Numbered from the stretch's first letter, positions 26,900 to 40,500 are shown. The stretch: 64,000 nt of DNA from Stegostoma tigrinum (GCF_030684315.1 NC_081383.1:43261138-43325137), one strand, 5' to 3'. Notes: generated by a model not told the origin, from the letters alone. Numbers and translations: made by a program.

Positions 26900-28912
26900 G
26901 TCTGTCACAAAGGCAAAATGGGTGGACCAGTCCATGCCTTACAAAGGAAGTATGAAATAGTATCCAATCCAAGGAAGAAGCATACAGAATGGCCAAGAAT
27001 AACAGTAAATCTAAGGCATGGGAGCAGTTTAGAATTTAGCAGAGAAGGACCAAGGGATTGATTAAGAAAGGGGAAAATACAATACAAAAGTAAGCTTGCA
27101 GGGAACATAAAGATTGATATTAAGAGTTTCTATAGGTACTTGAAGAGAAAGAGATTGATAAAAACAAATGTAGGTCCCCCTACAAACAGAAACAGGGGAA
27201 TATATAATAGGGGACAAAGAAATGGCTGAGCAACTGAATACCTACTTTGGTTCTGTTTTCAGAAATTACGACACAAATTAGACACCAGAAATGTTGGAGA
27301 AGGCAAGATTTAGTTAGAGGGAAGAGCTGAGGGAAGTCAATATTAGCAGAGAAATGGTGCTGGGAAAATCCCTCTGATTGAAGGCAGTTAAATCCCCAGG
27401 CCTGATAATCTACATCCCAGAGTACTTAAGAAAGTGGCTCTAGAAATAGTGGATGCATTGGTGGTCATCTTTTCGGATTCTATAGACTCTGGAATAGTCC
27501 CTGTAGATTGGAGGGTAGCTAATGTCACTCCAATAGTCCAAAAGAGACGTAGACAGAAAACAGGGAATTAAAGACCAACAAGCCTAACATTGGTAGTGGG
27601 GAAAGTTCTCAAATTGATTATTAAGGATTTCATAGCAGAGAATTTAGAAAGCAGTGGCAAGATCATCTGAGTCACCATGGATTAATGAAGGGGAAATCAT
27701 GCTGGACAAATCTGTTGGAATTCTCTGACGATGTAACTAGTAGAGTTGACAAGAGAGAGCCAGTCGATGTAATATATTTGGACTTTCAGAAAGCATTTGA
27801 CAAAGTCCATATAAGAGATTAATATGCAAAATTAAAGTGCATGGAATTGGGCAAAGTCTATTGAGGTGGAAACTGGTTGGCAGAGAGGAAACAAAGAGTA
27901 GGAATTAATGGATCCTTTTCAAATTGACAGGCAACAACTAGTGGGATGCCACAGGGATCGGTGCTGGGATGTATTAATGATTTGGAAGAGGGAACAAAAT
28001 ACAACATCTCCAAGTTTGCAGATGACACCAAGTTGGGTGGGAGGGTGAAATGTGACGAGGATGCAGAGATCCTTCGGCATGACCTCAACAGGTTGGGTGA
28101 GTGGGCAAATCATTGGCAGATGCAGTATTTTTGGATAAATGTGAGGTTATTCGCTTTGAAAGCGAAAACAAGAAGGCAGGTTACTACCTGATTGGCTGTA
28201 AATTGGGAGAGGAGAGCATGTAGTGGGACCTGGCTATCCTTGTGCACCAGTCGCTGAAGATAAGCATGCAGGTGTAGCAGGTAAATGGTATGTTGGCCTT
28301 CATTGCAAGAAGTTTTGAGTACAGGAGCAGGGATGTGTTGTTGCAGTTGTGCAGGGCATTGGTGAGGCCACACCTAGAATATTGTGTACCATTTTAGTCC
28401 CCTTTTCTGAGGATGTTCTTGCTCTCAAGGGAGTGCAGTGAAGGTTAGCCAGGCTGATTTCAGAGATGGCAGGACTGGCGTATGAGGAGAGATTGACTAG
28501 GTTTGGATTGTTTTCACTAGAGTTCAGATAAATGAGGGAGAGATCTCAGAGACTTATAAAATTCTAACAGGACTAGACAGGGTAGATGTAGGGAGGATGT
28601 TCCCAATGGTGGATGTGTCCAAAACCAGGGGTCACAGTCTGAGAATTCAGGGTAGACAACTTAGGACGGAGATGAGGAGACATTTCTTCACCCAAAGAGT
28701 GGTGAACCTATACATTCATTACCACAGCAAGTAGTCAAAATGTTGACTGTGTTCAAGAGGCGAATATAGTATTTGGAGCAAATGAGAGCACAGGTTTGGG
28801 GAGAAAGCAGGATTAGGCTATTGAGTTGGATGATCAGGCATGATCATGAAGAATGGCAGGGCAGGCTTGAAGAGCCAAATAACCTCCAGCTGCTCCTGCC
28901 TTCTATGTTTCT
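26900..28912 (+). mobile_element. CR1 LINE ORF2/RT remnant
   Basis: [33 protein letters not shown], and 3' tail tctatgtttc. Confidence 0.92.
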
Positions 28913-29004
28913 GAAAACAGTGAAATTGACAGGAAGGAAAAGACCAGCAGCTTCATCAAACCTAAGCATCCTATTAACAAGTCTGAGATAAGAAAGCAGA
29001 AGAG

Positions 29005-29470
29005 TCATAAAGATGGACAACACAGAAACAGATCCTTTAGTCCAACTCGTCCGTGATGACCAGAAATCCTAAATTAATCTAGTCCCATTGGCCAGTATTT
29101 GGCCCATATCCCTCTAAACCTTTCCCATTCATGTACCCATCCAGATGCCTTTCAAATGTTGTAACTGTACCAGCCTCCACTACTTCCTCTCGCAGTTCAT
29201 TCCATACGTGCACTGTCCTTTGCATATAAAGGTTGCCCCTTAGGTCCCTTATTAAATCTTTCCCCTCTCACCTGAAGCTTATAACCTCTAGTTTTGGACT
29301 CCCCCACCCTGAGGAAGACACCTTGTCTATTTACCCTATCCTTGCCCATCATGATTTTATAAACCTCTGTAAGGTCACCCCTCAGCCTCTGAAGCTCCAG
29401 GGAAAATAGCCCTAGTCTATTTAGCCTTTCCATATAACTCAAATCCTCCAACCCTGGCAACATCCTTTAC
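29005..29470 (-). mobile_element. CR1 3' end
   Basis: MLPGLEDLSYMERLNRLGLFSLE..RLRGDL. Confidence 0.9.
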
Positions 29471-30454
29471 AGAAAATAAAGTAAATCTTTGTCAATAGAG
29501 AAAAAAAACATTTTTCAGAGGCTCTGTATCATTCATTAACTGAGGGGATCAAAACCGAATTATTCCTTCTTGATTCTTGTTGAAGAACAGCACTGCTCTT
29601 TATATTGGCTCAGACTAGAAATGCATCTTAATTCTCATTTGTGTTTCTTTAAATTATTTTGTTATACACTCTGCACAAGTCATGAATCTTCACAGTCCAT
29701 TTCCTAAACCACCTCAGCCTGTTTCCTGCTCAACAGACCAGTTTGGAACCCTACACCGTACAGAAATGCATGTTTTTAGCCCAATGTACATATATATTCT
29801 GTTGGTTCACATTATATGTCATCTCCTAGACCCATTTTCACATCACTTTCTTGCTCAATTCAAATCTTTGTGTCATCCATGACTTGTACAGAGTTCCTCA
29901 AAAACCTTCACCCAGATGTTTAATATACAGATATGTCTCTTTTCTCCTGTCATTTCTGAAGGTTGGGCATGGACTTCCATTGGATGGAAGTCAATGGATT
30001 CCCATTCAAGCTTAAGGGAAACATAACAATGGTTTGCAATTGTCTTCTATAGGGTAGCTGGCCAAGAAACTCTTCTGCTTGTATGGCCTTCCATATTGCA
30101 GATATATTGGAAGAATTTACCAACTGACAATCAGCTTGTTTGACCTCTTTAGGAACATACAATCCATGGCCAACAAATCTTGGTATGGGAGTCAAATGCA
30201 AACTTATGGCCAAAGGTAGTGACATTAGCACTATGCTGTAAGAGCTCCCTGCTAATAGAGGAATAGTGAGGAGTAAACATTCTCACACCAATGCCTAAAG
30301 TCTACAAGAATGCAATCAATTCTTTATCCAATCCAAGATCTGTCCACTTAAACCTCTTACATAAATTGGGCTTTATAGCACTTTGTCAAGTTTTTTTTGA
30401 AGATCCAAGCACACAGTATAAGTCATCACTATCAATATCCTCAACACAGGAGTC

Positions 30455-30612
30455 TAGCAATGAGCATGAATCCATTACCAATTGTTGGGGAAAACCCCAT
30501 CTGGTCTTTTAGGGAGGGAAACTGCCATCCTTACCTGGCCAGCCTATTGTAACTCCAGACCCACAAATACGTGGTCGACTCTTAAACTGCCCTGTGTGCA
30601 ATTAGGGATGAT
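30455..30612 (+). mobile_element. SacSINE1-like SINE fragment
   Basis: aaaaccccatctggtcttttagggagggaaactgccatccttacctgg...ctccagacccac. Confidence 0.65.
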
Positions 30613-30764
30613 CTGTTCTTTCAAGTCTGGCAATTAGAAACATCATCATTCTGGCATTCTCACATTCCAATCACAATCTAACTGTCTACATCCTTTCTCC
30701 CTCAGCATTCCTAAGCCCCTCTGCCCACTATTGCAGAAATGCTGCCCCCTGTACACTTCACATC

Positions 30765-30895
30765 AGCTCTGGAGAAGAGTCATCTCGACTCAAAGTGCTG
30801 GCTTGCTGTCTCCACAGATGCTGCCTGACTTGCTGTGATCTCCAGCACTTTTTGTATTCAGTATAGATTCCAGCACCTGCAGTAATTTGCTCCTT
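30765..30895 (+). mobile_element. Old Penelope-type terminal repeat remnant
   Basis: ctggagaaGAGTCatctcGACTCaaag...ctccacagatgctgcctgac; helix II is retained but the core is decayed. Confidence 0.55.
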
Positions 30896-31274
30896 TCCTG
30901 GTAAATCTCCTCTGCTTTTTTTTTGCTCTTAAATGTACACAAGACAGCAACTATATTAAACTGCATTGTAATTAACATTTAACAGTGTCAGGAATAGAGA
31001 ACTGTACATGGAATAAATCAGATTTTGTTTTTAGAAAATGGGGAAGCAGTTCAAAACATTTACAAGTATCAGCCAAATTGACATTTAGATGGGCTTAGTC
31101 AAGAGGTGAGTGACAATTCCCAATTAACACAGACAATAAAACCTATATATTATCAATGGCAATACTCAAATGGTCAAGTTATGTGATTTTCCCATCTGTT
31201 AAAGTTTTGAGAACACTAACCTTCTCTGCCAATGAACGTAAACTGACTGAATCCATCTTGCCATCTTAAGTACT

Positions 31275-31750
31275 TCACCAGCTTCAAAATCTCCCCTTCC
31301 TCCACCGCATCCCAAAACCAGCCCAATTCGTCCCCTCCCCCCACTGCACCACACAACCAGCCCAGCTCTTCCCCTCCACCCACTGCATCCCAAAACCAGT
31401 CCAACCTGTCTCTGCCTCCCTAACCTGTTCTTCCTCTCACCCATCCCTTCCTCCCACCCCAAGCCGCACCTCCATCTCCTACCCACTAACCTCATCCCAC
31501 CTCCTTGACCTGTCCATCTTCCCTGGACTGACCTATCCCCTCCCTACCTCCCCACCTATACTCTCCTCTCCACCTATCTTCTTTTCTCTCCATCTTCGGT
31601 CCGCCTCCCCCTCTCTCCCTATTTATTCCAGAACGCTCACCCCATCCCCATCTCTGATGAAGGGTCTAGGGCCCGAAACGTCAGCTTTTGTGCTCCTGAT
31701 ATGCCTCTGGGCCTGCTGTGTTCATCCAGCCTCACATTTTATTGTCTTGG
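31275..31750 (+). mobile_element. Penelope-like family B 3' end
   Basis: Reverse-complement near-copy of 13945-14412. Confidence 0.88.
31654..31682 (+). ncRNA. Minimal hammerhead ribozyme motif, family B, intact core
   Basis: ct-CTGATGA-A-GGGTC-tag-GGCCC-GAAACGTC-ag. Confidence 0.72.
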
Positions 31751-33219
31751 AAGAGGGGAGATGTAGGTTTACAAAGTAAACAATATGGCTGCATTGCATT
31801 ATATCTACTTTGATAATGATAGCCAGAGTGGAATAGGAAGGAACAGTGCATAAACATGGAAAACAGCAGGTTATAGGGACAAAGAGGGAGAAGAGATTAA
31901 ACAGTCATTAATTGTGCCTTAATTTAATTTCACACAGAATTCTAAACAAAATCAATGAATAGAAGTTACTGGGAGTGATCTTACAGGCGTTGTGGAAGAA
32001 AGGTCATTAGGAGATCAAAGCTGAGAACTAGAGATTCAGAGGTCTATGACTTTTCTAAAGGGCAGGCAGGAAAAGGTAGTGGAGTGTCTTTATTTGAATG
32101 AAACAGAATAAGTACGAGAGCAAGAAATTATCTTGGATCAGGAGAATTAGAATCCATATTGGTGGAGGTAAGAAATAAAGATTAACACAAAACATAGATA
32201 TATCCCAAGGGCCTTAAACATTAGTTTAATGCAGGACAGAGAGTAAATCAGGAGATTACATGTGAATGTTTTTTAAAAAAAAAGCAAGACATTAATCGCG
32301 GGGGACTTAAATCTTCAGATTGGCAGAGGTAGCCATGAGGACGAGTTCACAGGGTGCATTTGGGATAGTTTCCTCAAACAGTACATTGTGGATCCAACCA
32401 GGGATCGGGCTATTTTAAATCTGATCCTGTGTAAAGAAGCAGGGTTAATGTGATTACCTTAATGTCAAGATTCCCTAAGAAACAGTAACTATAATATGGC
32501 AAATTTAATATTCAGTTTGAGAGGGAGAAACTGATGTCAGAAAGAAATGTGCTAAAGTTAATTGAGGGTATTTGCAAGGGAATGCAGGAGGAGTTGACCG
32601 AAGTTGATAGCTGCGAAACAATTACAGACTTAAGAAAATACTTCATGACTCACAAAATATATGCCAATGAGAAGTTTTTTTTTAAAAGAATGGGGATAAA
32701 CCAACAAGTTATACAAGCAAGTTAATGATAGCATCAATTCAAAAGACAAAACACTTCAAAGTAGCAAAACTTAATAGTAAGCCTTGCTGGGGCCTAAGCT
32801 GCTTGGCCTGCTGGGTTCATCCAGCTCAAACACCTTGTTATCCTAGTAAGCCAGAGGATTGGGAAAGATTTAATAATTTTTTTAAAAAGACCAAAAACAA
32901 GGAGAAAATAAACATTGTGGGAAAACATGCAAGTAATATCAAAGTGGACATCAAGAATTTTTAAAATTTATATTAAAGATAGGTAGAAGTCAAAATAACC
33001 ATTCGCCTTTTAGGGAATGAGGTTGGGAATATAATAGTGGGGCAACTGGGTTGAACACCTTCATTATTTCATTTTGCTCTGCTCACTTTTGGTCTGAAAA
33101 GGAGCTTGAATTGAATGTAACCATTAGAATGAGCATCAGCTTGTTTAAACAAAAGCTAACTTGTTCATGGGAACTAGCCTGGGAAGTTAATTGCAGATTG
33201 ATTATTGTTCAGAGGTGGT

Positions 33220-33406
33220 GGTGCGGAGGTGCCACTGTTGGACTGGGACGGACAAGGTCACAAGTCACATGACACCAGGTTATAGTTCAACAGGTTTATT
33301 TGAAATCACAAGCTTGCGTGGTGCTGCTCCTTTGTCAGCACTCCGAAAGCTTGTGATTTCAAATAAACCTATTGGCCTCTGATATGGTGTCATGAGACTT
33401 GACCTT
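33220..33406. mobile_element. Inverted pair of Penelope family C terminal repeats
   Basis: Perfect 24-bp arms at 33292-33315 and 33347-33370, extending imperfectly to about 33254 and 33406; ctccGAAAGCTT half-core. Confidence 0.8.
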
Positions 33407-35523
33407 CAAAAGAACAAAGCAGACATTTCGGCTCCAGTAATGCATTATGCTCAACAGCTAGCACCTTTAGATGTTGAAAAGAGCCATCACAGGGGAGGTC
33501 AGTGCAGACCAGTCTAACAAAGAGAATGTTGCAAAAGAGACTCCGAAGTTTGAACAGTTTTGAACTATATTCTTTAGACAGAAATGCCATGGCTGTGAAA
33601 ACTACTAGTTTTCTAGTTAAAGAATTACTGAACCTATAACTCCAGTATAAGAAATAGTGAATATTCCTCAGAGCTAACTGTCAGAATGATACATTGACCA
33701 GGAACTTAAGAAATAAAGCAAAATACAATGCAATATAAATCACGCGGAGTCAACAATGGCTTCCTGAAAGGGAAACCATATCTGACAAATCAGAATTCTT
33801 TGAAATTACAACAAAGTAGGAACAGATAAAGTAGAAGCAGCAGGTGTAATATATTTGGATTTTTAGAAGGCTTCTGACAAGGTACCATATGCTAGGCTGC
33901 CTTCTAAGATAACAATCCAAGGTGCTGGGGTAGTCTATCAGCATGGATAGAGGTTCTGCTAACTAATAGAAGACAAAGTTGGGAACCTGTTTTCAATGGA
34001 GTGCCTCTGTGCTGGGGCCACAAACATTTATACAGTGTAAAACAAAAGTTACCCTTCAGGTCTCTGCTAAATCTTTCCTCTCACTTTAACAATATGCCCC
34101 CCAGTTTTGAACTCCCTTACCCTGGGGAAAAGACTATGCTATTCATTTTATCTATACCTCATAGGTAATCTAAATCATGATTTTATAAACCTCGAAGGTT
34201 ACCCCTCAACCTCCGATACTCCAGTGAGAAAAGTCCCAGACCATCCAGCCTCTCCTTGTAATTCAAATTCTCCAGTCCCGGCAACATCTGGTGACTCTGA
34301 CGTTGGCAAGTCCTGCACGGGTATCGTTGGTCAGCCAGCTTAGGGCTCAGGAGTCATGGTGGAGGCTGCTGAGGGAAGGTGGACTTTCTTTCAGCTTTGT
34401 CTTTTTATTCTTGAAATATTCAAACAGCACCAGATTGTGGTAACAGTTGAAGTGTTTCACTGTATTTTACCATGTTGTTCATGGTAGAGTACAAGTGACA
34501 AAGTATAAATCATAAATCACATCCTGGGAAATCTTTTATGAATCCTCTCTAACTTAGTATCTTTCCAATAGAAGGAGGACCAGAACTGTACACAGTACTC
34601 CAAAAGTGGCCTCACCAACACCCTGTACAATCTTAACATGGCACTGCAATTCAATGGTTTGAGTAATGGAGGCAAGCTTACCAAACACCTTCTTAATCTG
34701 TGATGCAATTTTCAGAAGAATTATGTACTTGAACCCATACGTCTCCCAGTTTGACAACACTATCCATGACCCCAACATTCACTGTATAAGCCTTGTTTGT
34801 TTTACCTAAATGCACCAAATTAGACTCCACCTGCCACTCCTCAGCTCACTGACCCAACTGATCAAAATCCCTCTGTAGTCTTAGATGACCTTCACTGTCC
34901 AGAGACAGACAGATCAAATGCATGGGCAAAAGCTTGGCTGGTGGAATATAATGTAGGAAAATGTGAAATTACACACTTTGGCAGGAAGAATAAAGCTGAA
35001 CATTACTGAAATCGAGAAAGACTGCAGAAACCTGCAGCATGGAGGTATGTGGGGGGTCCTTGTGGATAAATCACAAAAAGCAAGCATACAAGTTCAGCAA
35101 GGAAAGGAAAGGCCTTTATTTCAAAGGGAATGGAGGAAACTAAAACTTTACAAGGCACTAGTTTAGCATACTGTGAACAGTTTTGGTGCCTTTATCTAAA
35201 GAAGGATATACTGGCATTAACTGCAGTCCAGAGACAATTAACCAGGTTGATCCTGGGTATAGTGGAATTTTCTTACAAGAGAAGTTAGATTGGACTGGTA
35301 TTCAATGCAGTTTAGAAGGAGAAATGACCTTGTTATAACACTGCTGATTCCTAGGAGGCTGGTCAATGTAAATGCAGAGTTTGTCCTGTTGGACAAGTGT
35401 AATTAATCTGTGGAATTCTTTACTGTAGTGGACTGTTACGGCTGATCATGAAGATATTCAAGGCCGTGATGGATTTTGAATCAATCAGTGGCAAAATCAA
35501 GAGTTATGGGAAAAGCCAGAAAA

Positions 35524-35845
35524 GTGGAGTTGAGGATCATCGGATCAGCCATGTTCTCACTGAATGGCAGTGGAGTTGAGGATCATCGGATCAGCCATGT
35601 TCTCACTGAATGGCAGTGGAGTTGAGGATCATCGGATCAGCCATGTTCTCACTGAATGGCAGTGGAGTTGAGGATCATCGGATCAGCCATGTTCTCACTG
35701 AATGGCAGTGGAGTTGAGGATCATCGGATCAGCCATGTTCTCACTGAATGGCAGTGGAGTTGAGGATCATCGGATCAGCCATGTTCTCACTGAATGGCAG
35801 TGGAGTTGAGGATCATCGGATCAGCCATGTTCTCACTGAATGGCA
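35524..35845 (+). repeat. Perfect tandem array, 7 x 46 bp, derived from a CR1 3' UTR
   Basis: Unit gtggagttgaggatcatcggatcagccatgttctcactgaatggca starts at 35524, 35570, 35616, 35662, 35708, 35754 and 35800. Confidence 0.97.
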
Positions 35846-35999
35846 GCTTAGACTCAATGGACCAAAATGTCCCACATTCACTCCTCGCAATCTTGGAATT
35901 CTAAACTGCTCCCAACTCTACTTGCTGGCTACTTTTGTCTTGCAACCTTGCATGACTCCTCTGAATCTAATATTAATAATTAATTTCTTTTTTCAGCCA

Positions 36000-37110
36000 T
36001 GACTGGGCCTCTATTTCTGCTGGATTTTTGAATGAGTAAATGATGTATACATTTGTTTCCGAATTTTAGCTATTGCAACCTGACTTTTGAAGAAATTACA
36101 GCCTGTCACAGCCTGATCATCCCTCATATCTTTGTAGTTTTCTTTATAGGAACTTAGTTTGAGACTGGACATTTCACTGATGTCGCTTCAGAATGTCTAG
36201 TTCTAAAATTTTATGATCTCCTTTTCCGAAGGATCCCACACATTGTTAATTAATCCCTTCTCTTTGCAAACTAGGAAATAATCTATTTCCTAGATGGTTC
36301 CTCAAAATGCTGGTCTAAAGAAAAATCTTGCACATGTTCACAGAATTCATCCATGACAGTATTATTGGAAATGTGGTTGGCCTTGTCTATATACAGATCA
36401 CAATCACCCATGATTACTGCAGCAACCTTATTACCTGCTTCTCTAATTTCCTGTTTAACACTTTCTTCTACCTTAACACTACTGTATGGAGGCCCATAGA
36501 ACACTCCTGTTCATTGTTTTCCACGTTGTTGCTCGAGTTACAACATGGCTGATTTGACATCCAGATTTTCCAATTCAATAACCTCTCACTACTGTACACC
36601 ATTCACCCTTTACAAACACTACCACCCTGCCTCCTACTGTAGAATGAATGCCTTGGATATTCAGTTCCCAGCTTTGGTCACCCATCAGCCACTTCTGAGA
36701 TTGCAATCATATTGTACCTATGTATAACTATTGTGCTGTTAATTCATCTACTTTATTGCAAATGCTTGATGCATTTGATATAGTAACTTTAGATTAGCCT
36801 TCCAACATTTCTACGCTTTTCTCATGTGTTTTGGTCTGGTTTACTGCTAGTCCTCATTTCCTCTACCTACATTTTTACTAGGTTTCTATCTTTCTTGTTT
36901 CCCTCTCTCATCTCTTCACTCAGGTTCCAATACCCCGCCACTCTAGTTTAAACTCTCCTCTACTATTCTACCAATAGTCCAACACTGCTAGTTTGCAACC
37001 TTTCCAAATTGTAGAAGAACCATCTCTTCCAGATTTGGTTCCCAAGCCTTAGGTATCTAAATCTTTCCCTCTCATCTCTCCAGCCATGCATGCATCTGAT
37101 CTTTGCTCCT
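36000..37110 (-). mobile_element. Decayed CR1 endonuclease / 5' region
   Basis: YGPP.SS...VIMGDCDL...FCEHVQDFSLDQHFEEPSR. Confidence 0.75.
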
Positions 37111-37130
37111 ATTCCTGACTAGAAGTGATC

Positions 37131-37286
37131 AGCTGACATTTCGGGTCAAGACCCTTCTTCAGAAAGGGGTGTCGACCCGAAATGTCAGTTTTCCTGCTTC
37201 TCTGATGCTGCTTGGCCTGCTGTGTTCATCCAGCTTCACGCAGTGTTATCTCAGATTCTCCAGCATCAGCAGTTCCTACTATCTCC
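37131..37286. mobile_element. Inverted Penelope family B-related terminal repeat pair
   Basis: ctgacatttcgggtc...gacccgaaatgtcag arms. Minus-strand core CTGAAGA-A-GGGT-cttg-ACCC-GAAATGTC at 37135-37162. Confidence 0.82.
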
Positions 37287-37529
37287 ATACCTCAAATCAA
37301 TTTTCTTTCCCCAGAACTCATGTCAGTAGCATCTGCACTGAGGTGAATCAAACTCATTTCACGTAGGATCCTCAATGCCAGAAGATGCTTTGATTTAGCT
37401 TGGTCAGAAATTCATGTGCACAGATTTGCTACATTAATGACCAATTAGCTAAGTAATTTAACTTCAGTAGATTGTGTGAAACTCAAAATATATAGAAAAC
37501 ATACTGAATAGTGACTAAAAAAACAAAAC

Positions 37530-40500
37530 TATAATAAAGCTTTGTAAAAAGCCTTTATTGTAGTTAACACAAACATTGTGAATCCCAGGAACATTCAGCA
37601 AATCAGCTCTAATGTCAAAGGTACCTGATGCAAGACTGGGGCTTACAATTCTCTTTTTGACTTAAAGTAATAAGGGCAAATTGAGTCTTAGGCTGTAGTT
37701 AAAGAGGTCAATTGCAAATATCACCGATGTAAAAATGTGAATTGTGGTTGCGTACTGGTCCAGTGAATTAATCTAAATTCAGAATCAAAACAGTATAAAT
37801 GAAACAAGTCATCAGTACAGGGCTACTAACAATAGACTTGCATGAAATGCAGCCTATTCAAGTCTGGGGCTGTGCTGCTCTCCAACAGATTAGCTTTTCT
37901 TGGAACAAAATAACTCGAGAGAGTTAGAGGAGTATAAGACATGGCAGCAGACACAGCAACATGCCCTTGTGCCTCAGCAACAGTGGGCCAGTACAAGGCC
38001 TGTTTGATCAAACTACTGGACAGGTGGGTGGGGAAGGTAGGGATGCAGGCCCAGAAAGAAGCGAGGAGTAAACAGCACCAGTACTAAATATAAACTACAT
38101 TTCCAATTACCTTTCAGAGACAAGCTTCTGATTTTGAATTGATGTATACAGGAACTTGGAAAGGGTTTTCAAGTGAGTAGAACTGAGCTTTATTTTATTC
38201 GATTCTAGTGAATCTAGCTCCATATGTCAGCAATGGCATTTTGAAAAAGGTGGGGTAGGGAAGGCCATAACAAGCAGCCATTACTTAGTGGCCCAAGACT
38301 CTCACTTTGAGAATGGAACTGAATCACAAACACATTAACACTCAACATTAATCCCCAACTACTCCAAAGCATGAGCAGGCATACAATAAAACCAGCAGAC
38401 AAATAACCAAAGGACAATCAACTTAGTGCTGACCCTTTCCAATCCCTTCTACATTAATGCACATGCAGCAAAACTGCAGAAGAGGGGTTTTAATGTCCCA
38501 TTAAACTAAGGACGGAGTCTAACTAAGAAGTCTATAATTATAATTACTATACCCCCCCAACTCCTCATACTCTTCCAACAATCTAGTTTGGACACACTCT
38601 TTGGTCACAGAAGTTAACAATTCTGCTGACTAGCCCCCAAACAAAACCATCTCTCCAGACTTAATTACATAATAACTCAAACAATTAGAAAGGATACAAC
38701 TAATTGGAACTTCAAACTAATTCATTTCTCAGGCCAGGTGATTTCAGGCTCCAGATGGTCAATAACTTACTTAACCTAATGTTGAAGTAATCTATCAAGC
38801 TCAGCTCAAGTATGGGCAGATTCCAAATAGTATACAGAAATGTCTGCTTGGCATTAATAAAAGGATTCAGATTAAAATAGTGGGATTGGATGCTAAATGT
38901 AGATTAACTATCAAAACAGACTGGAGGGGCTTTTGGGAACTCATGTTAGCTTATATCCCTGAAAGGTAAAGTGCATCCTGTATACATTCTGAACAGTTCA
39001 ACACTGTTGGAAAGTTGTAAATCAAAATATTTTGGTTAATTACTTCAAGTTCCTTCAGAGGTTAGCCATAAAATAGCAAAAGGCTTTAATAAAAATGCTC
39101 ACATAATATCCGCATAGCAAAAAGTAAAAGCTTTTTTGCTATTTTAAATTGTCAATGATGGGAAACTATTATCAAAAGCTTGCATTTGAAAGTATTTTTC
39201 AACAACCTATAAGCCATAATTTTTATCTCCTTTTTAACACCATAAACAGTATCACTTCTCGTCAGACTATTCAGGGAATAATTCAAGGTGTCAAGATTAA
39301 ACTTAAGCGATTCACTTTTTTAAAAAGAAGAAGTGTTTGATGGATTATATACAAAATAAAATTAATTTCAGTGATCAAAAAAAATTTAGGTTTAATTTAT
39401 GATTCCCAAGGCCTCAGTCAGGTAACTTCAGTGAAACAGCAAGGTTTCAGCTATCTGCCTACAAACTGAGACACAACAGTATTATTTTACCTCAAGCCAA
39501 TATCATTCAAACATAATTAAGTCAGCTCAACTTGTGCCTCAAAATTCTGCAGAAAGTAATGGCGTGAAAGATTCCAATCATGAATGCTCACATGCAGCTG
39601 AGTTCAGAAGGAAAACTGCAAGCAACTGTATTCCTTGTAGAGTAATCACAACCGTAACTGCTCAAGACAGCCTATTAGAAGAGCCATGGTTCAACACAAA
39701 AACAAAAAACGCATATCTATTTCTTTTTGAAGCACCTCAAAGCTATGTTTTTGAGTTGCAAACAGGAAACTATTACAGGAAAGAAAGACTTCCAGTTCTG
39801 AAGTGTCACAATAATCAAAGGCATTTTTCTGATGATAATGTTTTTAGGTTCCACTGAATAAGTGTTAGAAAAATTATTTCAGTCTTTCAACTGTAATTGG
39901 TTACCTCTCACCTGAGAGAAGATAAAACAAAGCAAAAAATCATGGCATACATCATCGGGACTTGAGTAAAATAAAAATCCTCTTGACCAACTTATGACCA
40001 AACCCGGTTCCTTAGTCACTCAAATTAAACCGTATTCTAATTTACAAGACTGCTTCAGTACATCATAAAAATAACTATTAAACCAATCTGTGCACCTCAA
40101 AAATATTACTTAACTCTGCAAACAGGCCAAGTACATAATCATTTTATATAACCCATCTTGGTGACAGTTATGCACTTTGTTACTCCCTATCCAACACTCG
40201 TCAAATTTAACTAAACATGAACTTGCTGCACTCAATAGTGTGTGGGAAACATCAGAGTTGTGTAGGCAGGTCTGACTGCCCTACCATGCCTATTGCTATG
40301 GGATCGTTTTGATGTGTTGCCCTTGGTCAAAAGCTTGTAAATTGTCTATTTGACTCTCTAAATTCAGGCCAGTTAGTGCTATTTAGAATATTGATTCCAC
40401 AAGTAGTTTAACATTAAGAAACAGCTACGTGCAATATTTGAGTGAGCGCTAACAAAATTAAACTGCTGCTACTTACTCCGACAAGCTAGAGATTCCTGCA

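Larger units (their letters stand above)
31960..35890. mobile_element. Cluster of nested, decayed CR1 fragments on both strands
   Basis: Plus-strand endonuclease remnant (GDLN, FLKQY...PTR), minus-strand LVRPLLEYCVQFWS at 34517-34708, and a plus-strand 3' end around the 46-bp array. Confidence 0.7.

Noticed and set aside
35524-35845. CRISPR-like array
   Set aside because: The units are contiguous and identical with no spacers, the unit is CR1 3' UTR sequence, and the context is eukaryotic.
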